Of a stretch of 64,000 nucleotides of DNA, positions 10,650 through 18,952 are shown piece by piece. Origin of the DNA: a virus; IMG/VR virus record IMGVR_UViG_3300032092_000021, positions 11,392-75,391 of that record; one strand, given 5' to 3'. The notes under the pieces were generated by a model. It was not told the DNA's origin, ran no database searches, and was given only the letters and a program-made list of their open reading frames with translations. Numbering within the stretch: the stretch's first letter is position 1; each line of letters starts with the position of its first letter. Both the position numbers and the translations under genes were made by a program.

Positions 10650-10865
10650 ATGAACGAGTATAAAAATCCAATTAAGAAAATGTGGCAGCAAGCTAACCAA
10701 CCTATTCAGGATGGCAACAATGTACAGCTTCCACACACTTTAGGTACAGCAGCTCCTACTACAACTCCTGCTAAAATAGGTTTGCTGTTTATTAATACAG
10801 CTGGACCTGAAGTATATATTTCAACAGGAACCACATCAGATGCTGACTGGACATTACTAGTCTAA
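10650..10865 (+). CDS. small virion protein, possible head decoration/fibre
   Basis: 71 aa with a fibre-like beta motif (PAKIGLLFINT..VYISTG....W). Its leader resembles those of the MCP and 14850 genes. Confidence 0.5.
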   Translation: MNEYKNPIKKMWQQANQPIQDGNNVQLPHTLGTAAPTTTPAKIGLLFINTAGPEVYISTGTTSDADWTLLV

Positions 10866-10892
10866 TTATAAATTTTATAAACCAACAACAAA

Positions 10893-11912
10893 ATGAGTGA
10901 TACTTTTACAATGGTGCAAACGCCCGGTACTAAATCCGGACCTATTGCAATCCGTCCATTCTTTAATCAAACCGTATCTAATATGGGACTTGAGAAGTAT
11001 GGATTATCTTTATTTGAGGGAGTTTTTCATGAGGAACAACTTGCATGTATTGAGCAGAATGGTGTGAAGAGATACATTACAGGTCTGAATGAATTTGCTC
11101 CTGAGATTAAAATGATTAGAGATGAGGATCAGAAACAAGCTAGAATCCATGAGATTCGCTCTGCTGTATCTGAACTAGAAAAAGAAATGGCAGCAAATCC
11201 AATTGAGGTTTCTGACCCACATTTCTGGAGCAAAGTAAAATTATTACGCCCTGAGAATGATGATTTCTGGACCAAGATTACATTGAGGTGTGGAAACACC
11301 CCAATGTTTCTTGATCCGGTAAAAGATCCTTTTGATAGAATTAGGCTTTATGCTATTGAAGCAGGTGGGTTTAGCATTATAGCAAAGAGCTATGAGGATG
11401 CTAAAAATAGACCTACTCCGGTTAAATTCTATTTGGATAAATATGAAGAAACTGCTGGAAGCAAAACTGAAATCAAAAAACTTCGTAACAAAGCTCTTGC
11501 TGAACTTCAGAAGTTGTTTGATAAGAATCCAGTTAAGTTAATGTACGTAGCTAAGATTGTAGACATCAATAGTGTTCAGTACAAGAAGTCTACACCTAAT
11601 GATGTTATCTATGATAACATGGATATCTATATCAATGGTGAAGGTTCTGAGAAGAGTCAGACAAGAGCTGCTCAAACTTTCTTAGATGCTGTAAATTTTG
11701 ATATGGAGACACTAAAACTTAAGGCGGTTATCAGAGATGCTAGCTACCTGAGATTTATTTCTACAAAACCTGATGGATTTATTTACCATACATCGTCATC
11801 TACTATGTTAGGTAGAAATCCTGCAGATGTTTTAGAGTATCTAAAGAATCCTTTGAATGAGGAGATACTCAAAGACCTTTTGAAAGCAACCGAAAAATAC
11901 TGGAATCAATAA
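10893..11912 (+). CDS. conserved crAss-like head-module protein downstream of MCP
   Basis: 339 aa. Position matches the conserved gene after MCP in crAss-like phages. Confidence 0.6.
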   Translation: MSDTFTMVQTPGTKSGPIAIRPFFNQTVSNMGLEKYGLSLFEGVFHEEQLACIEQNGVKRYITGLNEFAPEIKMIRDEDQKQARIHEIRSAVSELEKEMAANPIEVSDPHFWSKVKLLRPENDDFWTKITLRCGNTPMFLDPVKDPFDRIRLYAIEAGGFSIIAKSYEDAKNRPTPVKFYLDKYEETAGSKTEIKKLRNKALAELQKLFDKNPVKLMYVAKIVDINSVQYKKSTPNDVIYDNMDIYINGEGSEKSQTRAAQTFLDAVNFDMETLKLKAVIRDASYLRFISTKPDGFIYHTSSSTMLGRNPADVLEYLKNPLNEEILKDLLKATEKYWNQ

Positions 11913-12076
11913 TGGGAAACATGTTATACCAAGCTTCTGACAATATGAGTACTGTCAAAGGTGATAAGACTGCTAAGTACAGCAATGCTGCTACAAATCT
12001 TTCTTTAAGAAATTCTCCAGACCTAACCAAATCTTTAGTAAATTATAGTAAAGGAAGTAATTATGGCAACAAGTAA
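11912..12076 (+). CDS. small protein (54 aa, MGNMLYQASD...YGNK), not in ORF track
   Basis: Translated by hand. TAATG coupling to the upstream gene; fills the gap. Confidence 0.5.
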   Translation: MGNMLYQASDNMSTVKGDKTAKYSNAATNLSLRNSPDLTKSLVNYSKGSNYGNK

Positions 12077-12221
12077 AAAACAAATGATTAAGCGCAAAGA
12101 TGGATCCTACAGTCAACGAGGACTGTGGGATAATATTCGCGCTAACAAAGGTTCTGGTAAGAAACCTACTGCTGAAATGCTGAAACAAGAAAAGAAAATT
12201 AAAGCTAAAACTAAAAAGTAA
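12063..12221 (+). CDS. small Lys-rich protein (52 aa, MATSKKQMIKRKDGSYSQRGLWDNIRANK...), not in ORF track
   Basis: Translated by hand. TAATG coupling to the next gene. Confidence 0.7.
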   Translation: MATSKKQMIKRKDGSYSQRGLWDNIRANKGSGKKPTAEMLKQEKKIKAKTKK

Positions 12222-12427
12222 TGGCAAAGAAACTTAAAAAATTTCAACCTGGTGGACCAACTAAAGAAGTTTCGCTTACAGAAAAAGTAAAAATAGCAAA
12301 ACAACTTTATAAAGATAATCCCGGTAAAGTTTATTTAGATGCTGTAATAAGAGCTGAGAAAAATTTAGCTGATTCTTTAGCAACACCTAAAAAAGTTATT
12401 CCTGTTGTTCCTAAAAAGAAAAAATAA
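12221..12427 (+). CDS. small Lys-rich protein with N-terminal KKFQPGG tag
   Basis: 68 aa, coupled on both sides. Confidence 0.65.
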   Translation: MAKKLKKFQPGGPTKEVSLTEKVKIAKQLYKDNPGKVYLDAVIRAEKNLADSLATPKKVIPVVPKKKK

Positions 12428-12675
12428 TGGCAAAATCACCTGCATGGCAAAGAAAAGAAGGTAAGTCAGAAAGTGGTGGACTTAACGCTAAGGGTAGAGC
12501 TTCCTACAATAAAGAAACAGGAGGTAACCTTAAAGCACCACAACCTGAAGGTGGTTCTAGAAAAAAGTCTTTTTGTGCAAGAATGTCGGGGATGAAGAAG
12601 AAACTTACTTCTAGCAAGACAGCTAATGATCCAGATAGCAGGATTAATAAAGCTTTGCGTAAATGGAAATGTTAA
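12427..12675 (+). CDS. small basic phage protein (DUF6321-like)
   Basis: AWQRKEGK..GGLNAKGRASY...RKKSFCARM...SRINKALRKWKC, a widespread phage family recognised from memory. Confidence 0.7.
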   Translation: MAKSPAWQRKEGKSESGGLNAKGRASYNKETGGNLKAPQPEGGSRKKSFCARMSGMKKKLTSSKTANDPDSRINKALRKWKC

Positions 12676-12692
12676 CGTAAATTAGTAATAGT

Positions 12693-12878
12693 ATGGCTAA
12701 GAAATCAAAGTCTTCTTTACCGAAGAAATTATTTGGAGGTGGTGATAAAAAATATAATCCCGCGGTACCAGGAATATTTAACATGGGTCAGAGAATGGAA
12801 GGTGCTGCAAATGTGTTAAGTAAAGGTGCTGTACCTGGAATGAAAAAAGGTGGTTCTACTAAATCTAAAAAAAAGTAA
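12693..12878 (+). CDS. small Lys-rich protein with KKLFGGG and MKKGG motifs
   Basis: 61-aa ORF. Confidence 0.65.
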   Translation: MAKKSKSSLPKKLFGGGDKKYNPAVPGIFNMGQRMEGAANVLSKGAVPGMKKGGSTKSKKK

Positions 12879-12882
12879 TATT

Positions 12883-13032
12883 ATGAAAAGTAAATGCATG
12901 TCTTGCGGAGGATCTATGAAAGGTTCTTCAAAAACTAAAATGGAAAAAGGTGGTAGTGCTGGGGGTACTGCACTTAAGAATGCTCTTATCAAAGCTGGTT
13001 ACAAAAAAGGTGGTTCTGTAAAGAAGAAGTAA
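12883..13032 (+). CDS. small Lys-rich protein (49 aa; CMSC, MEKGG, YKKGG)
   Basis: ATG at 12883 after an A/T-rich leader; TAATG coupling downstream. Confidence 0.65.
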   Translation: MKSKCMSCGGSMKGSSKTKMEKGGSAGGTALKNALIKAGYKKGGSVKKK

Positions 13033-13178
13033 TGGCTGAGAAAAAAGACAAGAAATGGATTCAGAAAGCTATCAATCCTGCACATAAAGGATACTGTACG
13101 CCTATGACTAAATCTACTTGTACTCCTAAGAGAAAAGCACTTGCTATTACTCTTAAGAAAATGGCTAAAAAGAGATAA
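13032..13178 (+). CDS. small basic protein (48 aa, MAEKKDKKWIQKAINPAHKG...ALAITLKKMAKKR), not in ORF track
   Basis: Translated by hand. TAATG coupling; WIQKAI...LA.TLKK pattern seen in small phage proteins. Confidence 0.7.
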   Translation: MAEKKDKKWIQKAINPAHKGYCTPMTKSTCTPKRKALAITLKKMAKKR

Positions 13179-13196
13179 CTATTAAACTTATATAAA

Positions 13197-13391
13197 ATGA
13201 AAAAGTCAGGTGGTGTTTATGTAAAACTGAACGGTAATCAAGCTGTTCAGAAAGTAGCTGGTTCTAAAGGTGCTGGTACTACTAAAAGTGTTAAGATCAA
13301 TGAAGCTCAAAAGAAGGCAGGTGGTCGTGTAGGTGGTGGTAACAAACCAGCTTCTGTTGAGCCTAAGAGCAAGAAGAAAAACGTTAAGTAA
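13197..13391 (+). CDS. small Lys/Gly-rich protein
   Basis: 64 aa with MKKSGG and KKAGG; TAATG coupling. Confidence 0.65.
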   Translation: MKKSGGVYVKLNGNQAVQKVAGSKGAGTTKSVKINEAQKKAGGRVGGGNKPASVEPKSKKKNVK

Positions 13392-13621
13392 TGAAGAAAA
13401 ACATACCTAAAATGGATATGGGAGGTCTCTACACAGGAGCATCTATGTCTCGTGACGTAGAGAACCAACCAATATCTGGGTATGGTACTTCTGAACCTAG
13501 CAGGTGTCCACCTGATTGTGGCAGTAAAACCGCTCCTAAATCTAAGAGCGGAGGCATTGACTACAAACAAAGGAGAAAACAACAGGACAAAATAAAGCCA
13601 TCAAACTGTCGTAGAAAATAA
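13391..13621 (+). CDS. small basic protein with KMDMGG motif
   Basis: 76 aa, coupled on both sides. Confidence 0.6.
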   Translation: MKKNIPKMDMGGLYTGASMSRDVENQPISGYGTSEPSRCPPDCGSKTAPKSKSGGIDYKQRRKQQDKIKPSNCRRK

Positions 13622-14325
13622 TGTTAAATAGTACCCTTAGATTAAAGATTCAACAGCGATTAAACAAACTCGCTAGTCAGGATTATGATAATATCGAGTG
13701 CTGGCAGATTGTTGAAGCTTTTAACAAAGCTCAGATTGAGTGGGTACGTAGACAGATTATGGGTCGCAATGCTGCACAAGCAGGTGCGGAGCAAACAGTA
13801 AGAAAGATTGATGATTTACAAAATCTACTTACACCCTTACCGTTAACTTCTATAAGCTCGGGTGATTACTATTTAACTCAGCCTCTACCAGATAACTATC
13901 TAGAGTATCATAAGATTGATATCACAGCTACAAAAGACTGTTGTACTGATCCTAAGAAACTTATAGTCTATTTGGTTGAGGAAGTTAATAGCAGTATACT
14001 TTTAAGAGATGAACTCCGCAAACCTAATTTTGAGTGGGCGGAGACTTTTTGCACAGTCGTAAATAATGCAATTAGGGTTTATACAAACAGAGAATTTGAT
14101 ATTAGAGATATTACTCTGATGTACTATAGACAACCCAGACGTATTGCTATTACAAACTGTGGTGACCCATATACCGGGTTAATAACAAGTACAGATGTAG
14201 AGTGTGAATTCAAAGATGATATTGCTGAGGTGATTGTAGATGCAGCAGCATCTATCTTAGCAGCTGATATAGAATCATTTAGTCAGTATACGCGCACATC
14301 TCAACAATCAGAAAATAACACATAA
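13621..14325 (+). CDS. putative head-tail ring/adaptor protein (crAss-like)
   Basis: N-terminal FNKAQ..W motif and C-terminal YYRQP...CEF....EVIVD.A pattern, typical of crAss-like ring proteins. Confidence 0.6.
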   Translation: MLNSTLRLKIQQRLNKLASQDYDNIECWQIVEAFNKAQIEWVRRQIMGRNAAQAGAEQTVRKIDDLQNLLTPLPLTSISSGDYYLTQPLPDNYLEYHKIDITATKDCCTDPKKLIVYLVEEVNSSILLRDELRKPNFEWAETFCTVVNNAIRVYTNREFDIRDITLMYYRQPRRIAITNCGDPYTGLITSTDVECEFKDDIAEVIVDAAASILAADIESFSQYTRTSQQSENNT

Positions 14326-14327
14326 TT

Positions 14328-14777
14328 ATGGAAAATAATGTTTTAAGGAGATCCCTAAAGACTGGGTCACAACAATCACAGACCGCGTCTTCTAGCACCA
14401 AAGGTGCTGACATGGGTAAACTTGTTTCAGAATTTTTGGAAGCAGTAACTTCTGTACACAAAGCTCATCTCAAAATTACAGGTCCTGGTTCATATGCTGC
14501 ACATACAGCAATGGGTGCGTTTTATGATGAAATCGGAGATCTTGCTGACTCTATTGCTGAGTCATACCAGGGAGTAACCGAGACGTTGTTGGATATTCCA
14601 GCAACTCAGCAAGCTTCTTGCAGTAGTGCTGCAGAATGTGTAAATTTTTTGAATAGTCTTTACCAAAAGGTGGATGCTGCTCAAAAAGCATGTGCTTATT
14701 CTGAGATTATTAATGACCTAGACAATGTCAAGTCACTGATTAATAGCACTAAGTATAAACTGATTTTCTTGAAATAA
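14328..14777 (+). CDS. ferritin/Dps-like four-helix-bundle protein (DUF5856-like)
   Basis: H..H....SYAAH.A....YD....L.D...E.YQG and C-terminal I......YKL.FLK. Confidence 0.7.
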   Translation: MENNVLRRSLKTGSQQSQTASSSTKGADMGKLVSEFLEAVTSVHKAHLKITGPGSYAAHTAMGAFYDEIGDLADSIAESYQGVTETLLDIPATQQASCSSAAECVNFLNSLYQKVDAAQKACAYSEIINDLDNVKSLINSTKYKLIFLK

Positions 14778-14849
14778 TTTGGAAGTGAGCTAATCATTTC
14801 CTATATTAACTATATATTTTTGTTTGTAACCCTTTAATTTTTTAAAACA

Positions 14850-16208
14850 ATGGCTTATTTTAATCATGCTTTTCACAAAGTGTTTTTAGCAACAAATGCT
14901 ACTGACCCTTATAACACAGGTGCTGGAATTTTAGCTCGTAATCTTTTACCTGCTCAAGTTGGTTTTTATGCTGCTCCAAATAAAGGAGTAACTAACAACG
15001 CAACTCCAGATGCTTTGGTTGTTCCTGGTGCTAATGACTGTCCACTTGTTTTGGCGCAAGGTTCTATCTACGCTAGCGACAAAATTGGTCCTTTCCACGG
15101 AGGATACAGAGAAACTTCAAAATCAAAAATCATCAATCCTAAGTATGTAACAGGATTTTGGAGAGTTAATGCTTGTGGTATTCGTCAAGAGTCTATTTCT
15201 GTTGGAACAACCTTTGACACTACTACTGCAACAACTATTTCTCCTTGCACTGAGGGTGCTGATTTTGAATTTCAATGTGGGGAGACCTACTACCTTCGTG
15301 TAGACCTTAAAGGTGCTCCTAACCTTCGTTACCTTTCTAGAAATAACTATCTTACAGCTAGTGCTTACACTGGTTGCTGCGATGCAAATAATACTCCAGC
15401 TAATCCTTTGCTTGTTTATATTAACTGGGCATATCAGTTGTTGAATTCTCCTTTGACGAATCCTTTTATCAGAATTAAAATTCAATACGGTGCTGCTGGT
15501 GCTAATACTTTGAATCCTGCAGGATTGGTAACAGCTAACTGGTTTACATCTGCTGCTGCTGACTTGCAAATTTTGAATAACTACATTACCGGAGCACTTG
15601 CTATTCCTGGCGCAACTATTGCTGGATTTATCATTCAGGGTGCTTATGTAGATACTCAGTTTGGTGATTGTACTTTCTACCCAAATGATGCTTTGCAAGC
15701 TTACTTGGAGCCTGTTAAGTTGTATGCATCTATGGTTGACTACAATGGTGATCCATGTGCATTTACAGGTATTTGCGTAAGAAATAGCTGTCTTGGTCGT
15801 CAAGGTATGGGTTATGGTGAAAGCATTGTTCGTCGCTTGATTTTGTCAGAAGGATATGCTCAGTCTCCTTTCTATACTGGACGTGATCTTCGTATTCGTG
15901 AGATTACTCAAGGTTACAATGTTACTGATGCAATTGACCGCGGACTTGCTACTACTGCTCAATACGACAGCGTATTTATTCAGCATAGCGTTCCACGTTT
16001 CAACAATCCTACTGGTACATTTGATAATGATCAGTATTTGTTGGAAATTGTATTCCCAACAGGTAGCGCCAGCGCTACTGAGTTTTGCACTAACGTAGGA
16101 ACTTGGATAAGTGATAATGGAGGTGCTTGTATTCTTGAAGCAGGTAGTGCAGAGGTTTATGCTTGTGAAGCTAACTCTGCTATATGTGGCAATGCAGCTT
16201 TGTCTTAA
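14850..16208 (+). CDS. abundant structural protein (auxiliary capsid-like)
   Basis: 452 aa, beta-rich, with an MCP-like leader and its own downstream terminator; position conserved in crAss-like head modules. Confidence 0.6.
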   Translation: MAYFNHAFHKVFLATNATDPYNTGAGILARNLLPAQVGFYAAPNKGVTNNATPDALVVPGANDCPLVLAQGSIYASDKIGPFHGGYRETSKSKIINPKYVTGFWRVNACGIRQESISVGTTFDTTTATTISPCTEGADFEFQCGETYYLRVDLKGAPNLRYLSRNNYLTASAYTGCCDANNTPANPLLVYINWAYQLLNSPLTNPFIRIKIQYGAAGANTLNPAGLVTANWFTSAAADLQILNNYITGALAIPGATIAGFIIQGAYVDTQFGDCTFYPNDALQAYLEPVKLYASMVDYNGDPCAFTGICVRNSCLGRQGMGYGESIVRRLILSEGYAQSPFYTGRDLRIREITQGYNVTDAIDRGLATTAQYDSVFIQHSVPRFNNPTGTFDNDQYLLEIVFPTGSASATEFCTNVGTWISDNGGACILEAGSAEVYACEANSAICGNAALS

Positions 16209-16223
16209 TATTTGACTAATAAT

Positions 16224-16260
16224 AAAAAGGGAGAGGGAGTTATACTCTCCTCTCCTTTTT
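16224..16260 (+). terminator. rho-independent terminator
   Basis: AAAAAGGGAGAGGGAGT-TAT-ACTCTCCTCTCCTTTTT imperfect hairpin with U-tract. Confidence 0.8.
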
Positions 16261-16273
16261 AATTTATATACAC

Positions 16274-16834
16274 ATGGAGAAACATCAGTTAGCTTTAGAT
16301 ATTCCTGATACCTTATCAGGTTGCATATTCCGAGTAGTTGACGCTAGTATTTATAGCTCAGCTGGAGTAGTAGATTGTACCAGATTGGATATAACTCCTC
16401 CTGGTTTTACATCTCCTTTTTATGCGTCTAACCTAGAGACAGGGTTTATTGCAAATCTTACCGCTTGCAATGTAGGACTTCAAACAGCTAACTGTGGGAA
16501 TACCTATAATGACTTTGTAGATGGTGTCTATAATGTAAAGTATAGCATCAATAACAGCACTGAGGTTTATGTTGAGTATAATCATTTGAGAATTACTTCT
16601 GCATTAAACCAGATAAATGATCTACTTTGTTGTTTAAATTTGCAAGCATGTGACCCACAAGGTCCTGTAAGAGATAAACTAAGAGAAGTTCAATTGCTTG
16701 ATACTTTTTTGAAAGCAGCTAAAGCAAAAGTAGAATACTGCAACAGTATAGACCAGGGTATGGATATGTACAGATATGTAGTAAAGAAATTAAACAAACT
16801 TGCTTGTGGCTGCGGTTGTTCATCATGTAACTAA
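16274..16834 (+). CDS. putative tail hub / fibre-attachment protein with Cys-rich C-terminus
   Basis: 186 aa; beta N-domain (DGVYNVKYSI) plus helical C-domain ending CGCGCSSCN. Confidence 0.5.
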   Translation: MEKHQLALDIPDTLSGCIFRVVDASIYSSAGVVDCTRLDITPPGFTSPFYASNLETGFIANLTACNVGLQTANCGNTYNDFVDGVYNVKYSINNSTEVYVEYNHLRITSALNQINDLLCCLNLQACDPQGPVRDKLREVQLLDTFLKAAKAKVEYCNSIDQGMDMYRYVVKKLNKLACGCGCSSCN

Positions 16835-16849
16835 TTAAACCAATATATT

Positions 16850-17002
16850 ATGTCACAGTGTCCAAATTGCGGAGCAGCTATGAGCTGCGGATGTCAAAAG
16901 AAAGTACTTCCTAATGGAAAAATAGGATGTGCTAAATGTTATAACCCAGCACCTGCTGCAACACAAACCACAACTGAAAAAATTGATAACACCAGCTCAT
17001 AA
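16850..17002 (+). CDS. small Cys-rich protein (50 aa; CPNC, CGC, CAKC), not in ORF track
   Basis: Translated by hand: MSQCPNCGAAMSCGCQKKVLPNGKIGCAKCYNP...; TAATG coupling to 17002. Confidence 0.7.
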   Translation: MSQCPNCGAAMSCGCQKKVLPNGKIGCAKCYNPAPAATQTTTEKIDNTSS

Positions 17003-18942
17003 TGGCACTTATCTATAAATTAGAATCCTGTTATCCCGATTTAAATGATGACATGTACACGTCATCAAATTTGTCGGCTTACTTAAATAAGTATATAAAT
17101 ATTTGTGGTGGGTGCTATAAGGTTTTACCGGCATCGGGAAATCCCTTTTTGTACATCATTGAATATACAGGAGCTGATTATGATACTTGTCAAGAGTGTT
17201 ATGGGAATTCTATAGATGCCGATTGTGATGAGTGTCCTCCTTCTTATACAAAGTTTGCATTAGAAAATGGAGATGCTGCTTGCAGAAATTCAGAATTTTG
17301 TGAGATAGGTTCTGAGGAACCACTACCAGGTCAAGCTGATTGTGGTAAAATTGACTTCTTTTTCTACCTAGATAACTCAGGAAGTATTTCAGATCCTAAC
17401 TGGGTTGTAATGCTGAATGGTGTAATTTCAGCAATTGATACATTTAATGCTCAAAATCAGTTTGCAAATGGCAGTCTGAGAATGGGGATTAGCTGGTTTA
17501 ATAGCTGTAATCGGATTGCTATTGCACAAGAACTAACAGGTGATTATCTTACGGTAAAGTCTACGGCGGAAAATCTTAGAGATAATAGACCTACTCAAGG
17601 AAGCACTTTTCCATATTACGGTTTTATTCTTACATACGATCATATTACAGACACCGCGTATGGAAGAGATGATGCCGATAAAATAGTATCTTTTGTTTCT
17701 GATGGTGGTTATGGTGAATGTCCTGGTACAACGCTGCAACCTCTAATAGATCAAATGAAAGCGGGGACATATTCTGGACCCGAAGCACCTTTTCCTATTT
17801 TTCCTTCAGGAACAGCAACGTGCTGTGCAAATACTACACCTTTTGAGATAAGATTTATTTCTGTAGGTATAGGTAGCGGTATTAGTCAGCCTCAGTTGCA
17901 AGCTATTGCTAGCTCACCTAATGGTTTAGGGCAAGGTAATTTTTATATAGCAGATACTTTTGAGGACTTTACTCCTATTGCGCAAGATATTGCTAATAGT
18001 CTTGTTTGTCTAAATCCATTACCTACAGTAGCTCCTGGATACAGTGTTGTTCCTGTCGGTGAATGTTGCTATAGACTAACAAATTGTGAAACGGGTATTC
18101 AGATATATTCCAATAGCGATTTAGCTCAATATGTTGGACAGACTGTAAATATTAGTGGGCAGGATGGATGTTTTACAGTAGTACTTACAGACCTTACGTG
18201 TGAGAATGCGCAGGAGGTAACTATAACTAATACTTACGGTAGCTGCGAAGTATGTTTACCATCATATAAGCTTTATAACTGTAAAGACCTAAGCGTAACT
18301 CTTCAAACAGCTAATGTACAATTTGAGACACTTTTAGGAAAAACTGTAAAGCTTGTTGAGTATCCTGTTGACTGTTGGCAAGTGGGACCTAATGAACAAA
18401 AAACATTACCACTTCAATCACTTACTCCAAGCGGTCAACCTTTTGAAACATGTATACAATGTGATCCTGAAGAATTTGGTTTAAAAAACTGTGTCAACGG
18501 GGTATCTGTATTAACTACAGTTGATCTTTCAGCCTATATAGGAAAGGTGATTAAAGTAGACAATTTCCCAGGACTTTGTTTTACAGTAGACGATAATCCA
18601 TGTGATTGCTTAGAGATAAGACTTAACAATCAAGTTTATAGTATTAACAGAGAAGCTAATCTTTTTAACGGCAGACCTTACTTTCAGTTTTCGACTATAA
18701 ATAATCTGCCTATTGTTATAGCATACGATAGTTCTCAAAACAGATGGGAAGCATATAATCCAGTTACTCAAGATATTTATTTTTATTCTAACTTAGATAT
18801 AGAATGTCCTACGACAAGTTTGTGGATAAAGTTAGATCCAAGTTTTCCTGGAAATATTACTACACAAATCTGCCCATTGCCTATATTGAATATATCACCA
18901 ACAGAAGAATTTAATGACTGTGAGTGTTGTGTAAATTGTTAA
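17002..18942 (+). CDS. Cys-rich appendage protein with a von Willebrand A (MIDAS) domain
   Basis: DFFFYLDNSGSI (DxSxS), QGST, FVSDG and SVGIG vWA motifs at about 17350-18000, flanked by Y.L.NC...CxxC repeats. Confidence 0.75.
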   Translation: MALIYKLESCYPDLNDDMYTSSNLSAYLNKYINICGGCYKVLPASGNPFLYIIEYTGADYDTCQECYGNSIDADCDECPPSYTKFALENGDAACRNSEFCEIGSEEPLPGQADCGKIDFFFYLDNSGSISDPNWVVMLNGVISAIDTFNAQNQFANGSLRMGISWFNSCNRIAIAQELTGDYLTVKSTAENLRDNRPTQGSTFPYYGFILTYDHITDTAYGRDDADKIVSFVSDGGYGECPGTTLQPLIDQMKAGTYSGPEAPFPIFPSGTATCCANTTPFEIRFISVGIGSGISQPQLQAIASSPNGLGQGNFYIADTFEDFTPIAQDIANSLVCLNPLPTVAPGYSVVPVGECCYRLTNCETGIQIYSNSDLAQYVGQTVNISGQDGCFTVVLTDLTCENAQEVTITNTYGSCEVCLPSYKLYNCKDLSVTLQTANVQFETLLGKTVKLVEYPVDCWQVGPNEQKTLPLQSLTPSGQPFETCIQCDPEEFGLKNCVNGVSVLTTVDLSAYIGKVIKVDNFPGLCFTVDDNPCDCLEIRLNNQVYSINREANLFNGRPYFQFSTINNLPIVIAYDSSQNRWEAYNPVTQDIYFYSNLDIECPTTSLWIKLDPSFPGNITTQICPLPILNISPTEEFNDCECCVNC

Positions 18943-18952
18943 AATAAAAGAA

